Shown: in pieces, positions 58,924 through 64,000 of the stretch | Layout: every line of letters starts with the position of its first letter | Position numbering within the stretch: the first letter of the stretch is position 1 | Origin: Parvularculaceae bacterium | Lineage (GTDB): Bacteria > Pseudomonadota > Alphaproteobacteria > Caulobacterales > Parvularculaceae | DNA length: 64,000 nucleotides | NCBI GenBank assembly: GCA_021776465.1 | Contig: JAJFFU010000147.1 | Coordinates: 5,465-69,464, forward strand | Direction of reading: 5' to 3' | Translations under genes and position numbers: made by a program | The notes under the pieces: generated by a model | What the model was told of the DNA's origin: nothing | Databases searched by the model: none | Seen by the model: only the letters and a program-made list of their open reading frames with translations

Positions 58924-61900
58924 ATGAAGCAGTTTTCCCGGCGCAGACCTCATTTGAACCGCCGCGATGTACTACAGGCTGGCGGTTTCTCGGCCGGGCT
59001 GGCGGGTTTTTCCGGCATGGCGGCAAACGCGCGACCGGGGCATTTAAACAGCGCCCATGTCGAGATCAGCGAAGCCACGAATATCACAGCCGCGCCTTCG
59101 CCTGACGGCAAACGGATCGCTTTCGATCTTCTGGGAATGCTTTGGCTTGTCGGTCTTGATGGCGGCGTCGCAGCATGCCTGACGAATGACGGGTTTACGG
59201 ATATCGCTTATCCGTGCTGGTCGCCAGACGGTGACCGCATCGCGTTCCAGTCCTACCAAACAGGGAACTTTCACATCTGGATGATCGGCGCTGATGGCAG
59301 CGGCCTGACGCAGCTGACAAACGGTTTTGCTGATCATCGCGAACCGTTCTTCCATCCGGACGGAAGCTCGATCTACTTCTCAACGGACCGTACAGGCCGC
59401 TACGCCATTCACCGCCTCAATTTATCCAGCAATGAGATTTCACAAATCAGCCATGGCGAAAGCCAGGACAGCGAACCGTGCGTTGCGGCGGACGGGAAAT
59501 GGATCGCTTACGTCGCGGACGGCCGCCGCCTCATATTGCAGGAAGATAACGGCGCGGCGCAAACCGTCGCTTCGGTTCCGGACTCAAAAAGCTGGGCGTT
59601 ATGGTCGAAATTTTACGCCCCAAGTTTCGCGCCGGATGGCCGCTTGGCGCATGTTCAAATCGTCGAAGGCAAGGCATCTCTTCACGTCGGCGGTGAAGTC
59701 GTGGTCGAGGAGGAAGATATTTTTCCCTTTCGCACGGGCTGGTTGCCCGATGGCGGCCTTGTCTACGCGTCGAATGGAAAAATCAGAAAGCTGGATACCA
59801 GCAAGGTTGCAAGTGAGATCCCCTTCACTGCTACAGTGGACATCGCAAGACCAGTATATAAACAACACCGCCGCGACTTCAAAAGCGAGAGGCCGCGAAA
59901 CGCGCTGGGCATAACCTCTCCGTCGCTTTCTCCTGACGGCGAACATATCGCCTTTGGCGCTTTAAACGACATTTATGTGCTGACTATCGGCGAGCGCACG
60001 CCGCGCCGGATCACTGAGGGACCGCACAATAAATGTTATCCGGCGTGGTCGCCGGACGGCAAACATTTGGCCTATTCCGCTGATTATAGCGGCACGATGG
60101 ATATCTGGCTGCATGATTTAAAGACGGGCGCCAAACGTCAGCTTACAGATTTACCAGCAAGCGCCGCCGTCCTGCCATGCTGGAGCCCGCAAGGCGAGCA
60201 GATAGCATACATGGATCAGTATGGCGCGCTGCATGGTGTAAACGTTGCAACTGGCGAGGTGAGACAAGTCCATGAAGCGCTCTGGTTGCCCGGACGGCCG
60301 AGCTTCAGTCCGGACGGAAAAAAGATCGCCCTTGCTGCGTTCAAACCCGTCTCCGGTCGGTTCCGCGAAGGATTGTCGGAAATACTGATTGTCGATCTTG
60401 ATACCGGCGAAAGCGCCTATACGCCGATTGCAGAAAACAAATCCATCGCAACGCGCGGCGATGACGGTCCGGTCTGGTCTCCCGACGGTAAATATCTCGC
60501 TTATGTTTTCGCGAGCACCTTATGGATACAGCCCATTACGCCAGACGGCGACTTTGCAGGCGCGGCGCGTCAGATCAGCCATGACGTCACGGATGCCCCA
60601 AGCTGGAGCGGCGACGGGCAGAAGCTTTTATATTTGAGCAACAGCAAATTGCGGCTGACCCATCTCGCTGACGGCAAGACCCGGACCGTTCCCTTGCGCT
60701 TGCGATGGAGCCAGGCGAAGGCGCCGGAAATATCTGTGATCCTTCACGCACGCATCTGGGACGGGCTCGGACCGGCTTATCGTGAAGGCGATGTCATTCT
60801 GCGCGGAAATCGCATCGCAGGGATTGCGCCGCCCGATAGCGTGACCGTTGACGGCATGCGCATTATCGACGGCGGCGACCTGACCTTGATGCCCGGCCTG
60901 ATCGACATGCATACCCACCGACAGGTTCACGGCTCCAGTTACGGCGCCCGTATGGGCCGGGCGTTGCTCGCCATGGGCGTGACGGCGACGCGCTCGCCGG
61001 GCGGCGCGGCCTATCACATGGCTGAGGATCGCGAAGCCATTGACGCAGGACTGCGCATCGCTCCGCGCCATTTCGCGGCCGGCGAAGCGCTCGACGGCAG
61101 CCGCATCTATTACAATTTCATGCGGCCAGTGACGGAGCCGGGACAACTCGCGCTCGAGCTTTCCCGCGCCAAGGCGCTCGACTATGACATGATCAAAACC
61201 TATGTGCGAATGGACAACCGCACGCAGGCGGAGGTCATCAATGCCGCGCACACCATGGGCATGTCGGTCAGTTCGCATTACCATTATCCTTCCATTCGCC
61301 ATGGCGCAGACGCCGTCGAACATCTCGGCGCAACCAATAGATTCGGGTTTTCCCGCACGATTACCGCCCTAGGCGCCGCTTATGAAGACGTGAGCAAAGT
61401 GTTCGCAGCGGCAAAGGCAGGCCGTACGACCACATTGTTCGCCGCGAACGCACTATTGCCGGATTACCCCGATCTTATTGACGATAAACGCATCCACACA
61501 CTCCTGCCGCCATGGGAGCTCACGCGCTTTAAAGCGCTTGTGCAAATGATATCAGATACCGATCTTGCCCCCTTGCTGAACGCGCTTGAAAATAATGTAG
61601 CCCAGATCAAATCCATGATGGCGGAAGGCTGGCGCGTTCATATCGGCACGGACGCGCCCATCGACACAGTGGGTGTCAGCTATCACCTCAATTTACGCGC
61701 GATGACGCGTTTTGGAATTTCGGCGTATGACGCCCTTCTCACCGCAACGCGATATGCCGGCGAGTTTCTCGATGAACCGATAGGCACAATCGAGCCGGGG
61801 CAACTTGCAGACCTTATTCTGGTCGAAGGCGATCCGCTGGCTGAGATTGCGGACGCCGCGCGCGCTCGGACCGTCATCCGGGACGGAAAGCCTTATGATA

Positions 61901-61935
61901 TGGCGGCGTTACTCGATCCATATCTACCGATTTGA
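58924..61935 (+). CDS. Tat-exported amidohydrolase with N-terminal PD40/TolB-like beta-propeller repeats
   Basis: NRRDVL Tat motif, many (W)SPDG repeats, PGLIDMHTH, IKTY, SSH, EH, GTD, G.I.PG.LADL. Confidence 0.9.
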   Translation: MKQFSRRRPHLNRRDVLQAGGFSAGLAGFSGMAANARPGHLNSAHVEISEATNITAAPSPDGKRIAFDLLGMLWLVGLDGGVAACLTNDGFTDIAYPCWSPDGDRIAFQSYQTGNFHIWMIGADGSGLTQLTNGFADHREPFFHPDGSSIYFSTDRTGRYAIHRLNLSSNEISQISHGESQDSEPCVAADGKWIAYVADGRRLILQEDNGAAQTVASVPDSKSWALWSKFYAPSFAPDGRLAHVQIVEGKASLHVGGEVVVEEEDIFPFRTGWLPDGGLVYASNGKIRKLDTSKVASEIPFTATVDIARPVYKQHRRDFKSERPRNALGITSPSLSPDGEHIAFGALNDIYVLTIGERTPRRITEGPHNKCYPAWSPDGKHLAYSADYSGTMDIWLHDLKTGAKRQLTDLPASAAVLPCWSPQGEQIAYMDQYGALHGVNVATGEVRQVHEALWLPGRPSFSPDGKKIALAAFKPVSGRFREGLSEILIVDLDTGESAYTPIAENKSIATRGDDGPVWSPDGKYLAYVFASTLWIQPITPDGDFAGAARQISHDVTDAPSWSGDGQKLLYLSNSKLRLTHLADGKTRTVPLRLRWSQAKAPEISVILHARIWDGLGPAYREGDVILRGNRIAGIAPPDSVTVDGMRIIDGGDLTLMPGLIDMHTHRQVHGSSYGARMGRALLAMGVTATRSPGGAAYHMAEDREAIDAGLRIAPRHFAAGEALDGSRIYYNFMRPVTEPGQLALELSRAKALDYDMIKTYVRMDNRTQAEVINAAHTMGMSVSSHYHYPSIRHGADAVEHLGATNRFGFSRTITALGAAYEDVSKVFAAAKAGRTTTLFAANALLPDYPDLIDDKRIHTLLPPWELTRFKALVQMISDTDLAPLLNALENNVAQIKSMMAEGWRVHIGTDAPIDTVGVSYHLNLRAMTRFGISAYDALLTATRYAGEFLDEPIGTIEPGQLADLILVEGDPLAEIADAARARTVIRDGKPYDMAALLDPYLPI

Positions 61936-62906
61936 ATACGGAGCAAGCGGTGGACGATAGAGTGTTTGAAGATAGAGAGATTGCGGCCTTCAATGCGCAA
62001 TTGCGCGCGGACTGGGGCCGGCATCCTGCGCTGGACACGCTTCCTCTGGCGCAAGCGCGCGCCATTGCAGAGACAGTGCGCGCGCCCTGGGCCGCCGGCG
62101 GTCCTGAAATGGCGGCGATCCGTGATCAAACCGTCCGCCTGAAGACAGGTGATTTGCCTGTCAGAATTTATTATCCCGAAAACACAACCGAAGCTTCGCC
62201 CGCGCTGATTTACCTGCATGGCGGCGGCTTTGTCATGTTCAGTATCAACACCCATGACAGGCTGATGCGTGAATACGCCGCCAAGGGCCGCTTTATCGTG
62301 ATCGGCGTTGATTATCCGCTCGCGCCTGAACACAAATTCCCGGCGGCGCTCAACCGCATTACCGATCTTGTTTTGTGGCTTGAAGACAATGCATCCGCGC
62401 TTGGAATCGATCCTTCGGGCATGGCGATTGGCGGCGATTCCGCCGGCGGCAATCTTTCCATCGGCGCCTGCCTTCGATTGCGCGACATTTCGAAGTCACA
62501 CCTTATCAAGGCGGTCCTATCCAATTATGGCGGCTTCTCCGCCGAGTGCAGCGATGAGGCGGAGGCCGAACGGGGCGGCGCGGACGCGGTCTTGAACAAG
62601 GGTGAAGTTGAATATTTCTGGAACCAGTATCTCAATAACGATGCAGAAAAATGCAACCCATATGCGTGTCCTGTATATGCAGACCTTCACAACCTTCCGC
62701 CGGTTTTTCTGGTGATCCCGGACCGCGATATTGTCTCCGACGATAGTTTCACACTAGCGGAGAAATTGAACCTGGCGGGCGTCAATGCAACGGCCAAAAT
62801 CTATCGCGGCGCGACACACAGCTTTCTGGAAGCCATGTCGGCGTCCTCGCTCGCGCGCGAAGCGATCTGCGACGGCGCCGGCTTCATAGAAAAACATCTG
62901 ACATGA
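61932..62906 (+). CDS. HSL-family esterase (Aes-like)
   Basis: HGGG oxyanion motif, DY.LAPE..FP, GDSAGG, D, HSF; TTG start overlapping the previous stop. Confidence 0.88.
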   Translation: MNTEQAVDDRVFEDREIAAFNAQLRADWGRHPALDTLPLAQARAIAETVRAPWAAGGPEMAAIRDQTVRLKTGDLPVRIYYPENTTEASPALIYLHGGGFVMFSINTHDRLMREYAAKGRFIVIGVDYPLAPEHKFPAALNRITDLVLWLEDNASALGIDPSGMAIGGDSAGGNLSIGACLRLRDISKSHLIKAVLSNYGGFSAECSDEAEAERGGADAVLNKGEVEYFWNQYLNNDAEKCNPYACPVYADLHNLPPVFLVIPDRDIVSDDSFTLAEKLNLAGVNATAKIYRGATHSFLEAMSASSLAREAICDGAGFIEKHLT

Positions 62907-62947
62907 TTTTTCCCGCGCCCACATTATGAACTGAAAAGAGGATGCCA

Positions 62948-64000
62948 ATGATGAAGATGAAACGCCGTCATTTCCTTGGCGTTGGCTTTTCCGTACTGCT
63001 TGCGCGGCCAGCGGCCGCAGACGCGCATCTCGATCTTGCGCTTGTTGGCGGCGACTTCTGGACCGGCGCCCCGCATGCGCCGCGCACCGATGCTGTCGGC
63101 GTGATGGGCGATCGCATCGTCGCCATTGGCGGCGACGCGGTGCGCTCTGCAATCACAAAGAAGACGCGCGTCATTGACCTCGACGGCGCCTTCGCCATGC
63201 CCGCTTTTATCGACAATCACACGCATTTCCTGAAAGCGGCGCTTTCACTGACCCAGCCTGACTTGCTGAACGTCAAAAACCGCGCCGAGTTCGTTGCGCG
63301 CATCGGCGAAACCGCGCGCGCCAATCCGGGCCGATGGATTACCGGACAAGGCTGGGATGAACAGCGCATGGGCGGCGAATTGCCGTCGCGGCGATGGATC
63401 GACCGCGTAACACCGGAAACGCCGGTCGCGGCGCCGCGCACGGACTTACACCTCTATCTGTTAAATTCACTCGCCTTACGCCTCGCAGGCATCGACCGCG
63501 ACACGCCCGACCCCGATGGCGGTGTAATTGACCGCGACGAAAATGGCGAGCCGACCGGCATTCTCAGAGACAACGCGAAATCACTGGTTGATCGCGTCAT
63601 CCCGAAACCAACGCCGCAACATGAAGAATCTGCGCTCCGCGCCGCCATAGAGCTTTGTCACGCTAATGGCGTCGCCCAGGTTCATGTTCCCGAAATCGAC
63701 TGGCGTTGTCATGACGCCCTGCGGCGCACTCCGGTCGCGCGCGACAAGGGCCTGCGGTTTTATTCCATGGTCCCTCTTCAGGACTGGCGGAAGATGGCCG
63801 ATATTGTCGCCGAAAACGGCAAAGGCGACCTATGGGTGCGCTGGGGCGCCGTCAAGGGTCTCGCCGACGGTTCGCTGGGCTCGCGGACGGCGCTTTTTCA
63901 CGATCCCTATACTGATGACCCGTCGACCTCGGGCGTGCGAATCTTGCCGTTCGACGAACTCACAGCCGCCGTCGCGGACGCCGACAAGGCGGGACTGCAT
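62948..64000 (+). CDS. Tat-exported amidohydrolase-3 (YtcJ-like), 3' end outside the window
   Basis: Not in the ORF track. Manual translation gives MMKMKRRHFLG...IDLDG...PAFIDNHTH...G.GWDE...NS.AL.LAGI..DTPDP.GG.I.RD..GEPTGIL; a KGLADGSLGSRTA motif lies near the edge. Confidence 0.88.
   Translation, partial: MMKMKRRHFLGVGFSVLLARPAAADAHLDLALVGGDFWTGAPHAPRTDAVGVMGDRIVAIGGDAVRSAITKKTRVIDLDGAFAMPAFIDNHTHFLKAALSLTQPDLLNVKNRAEFVARIGETARANPGRWITGQGWDEQRMGGELPSRRWIDRVTPETPVAAPRTDLHLYLLNSLALRLAGIDRDTPDPDGGVIDRDENGEPTGILRDNAKSLVDRVIPKPTPQHEESALRAAIELCHANGVAQVHVPEIDWRCHDALRRTPVARDKGLRFYSMVPLQDWRKMADIVAENGKGDLWVRWGAVKGLADGSLGSRTALFHDPYTDDPSTSGVRILPFDELTAAVADADKAGLH

Overview
A 64-kb accessory or catabolic region from a moderately GC-rich bacterium, most likely an alphaproteobacterium (putR-putA pair, alphaproteobacterial-type Fur fragment, many catabolic TonB-dependent receptors; this is inference). 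It contains no rRNA, tRNA or CRISPR array. Four blocks are visible. (1) 1-19 kb: a KamA-family radical SAM gene running off the left edge (missed by the ORF track), ALDH7-type dehydrogenase, amidohydrolase, FAD oxidoreductase, ornithine cyclodeaminase/mu-crystallin, a TonB receptor-XRE/cupin-cupin-hydantoinase A/B operon, and putR-putA. (2) 19.6-21.7 kb: a scar of repeats and broken genes (LysR, TonB receptor and asparaginase fragments). (3) 21.7-32 kb: a MarR-like-regulated module (TonB receptor, MFS, second cyclodeaminase, NTF2-like protein, MOSC-reductase-ferredoxin fusion, lipocalin-like protein, RutB-like hydrolase), followed by fur and IS3 remnants. (4) 32-64 kb: exported amidohydrolases and esterases, siderophore-uptake-type genes (piuC, TonB receptor, PepSY, IroE-like), PaiB, CoA transferase, P5C dehydrogenase, ALDH-SDR-AAHS transporter, hydantoinase-DUF917-NCS1 and a MalT-type regulator. 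The most striking non-coding signal is a GGGTAA/TTACCC hexamer arrayed at about 20-bp periodicity in nearly every promoter region of block 4, which points to one undescribed regulon. All assignments come from motif recognition by eye; no database searches were run.
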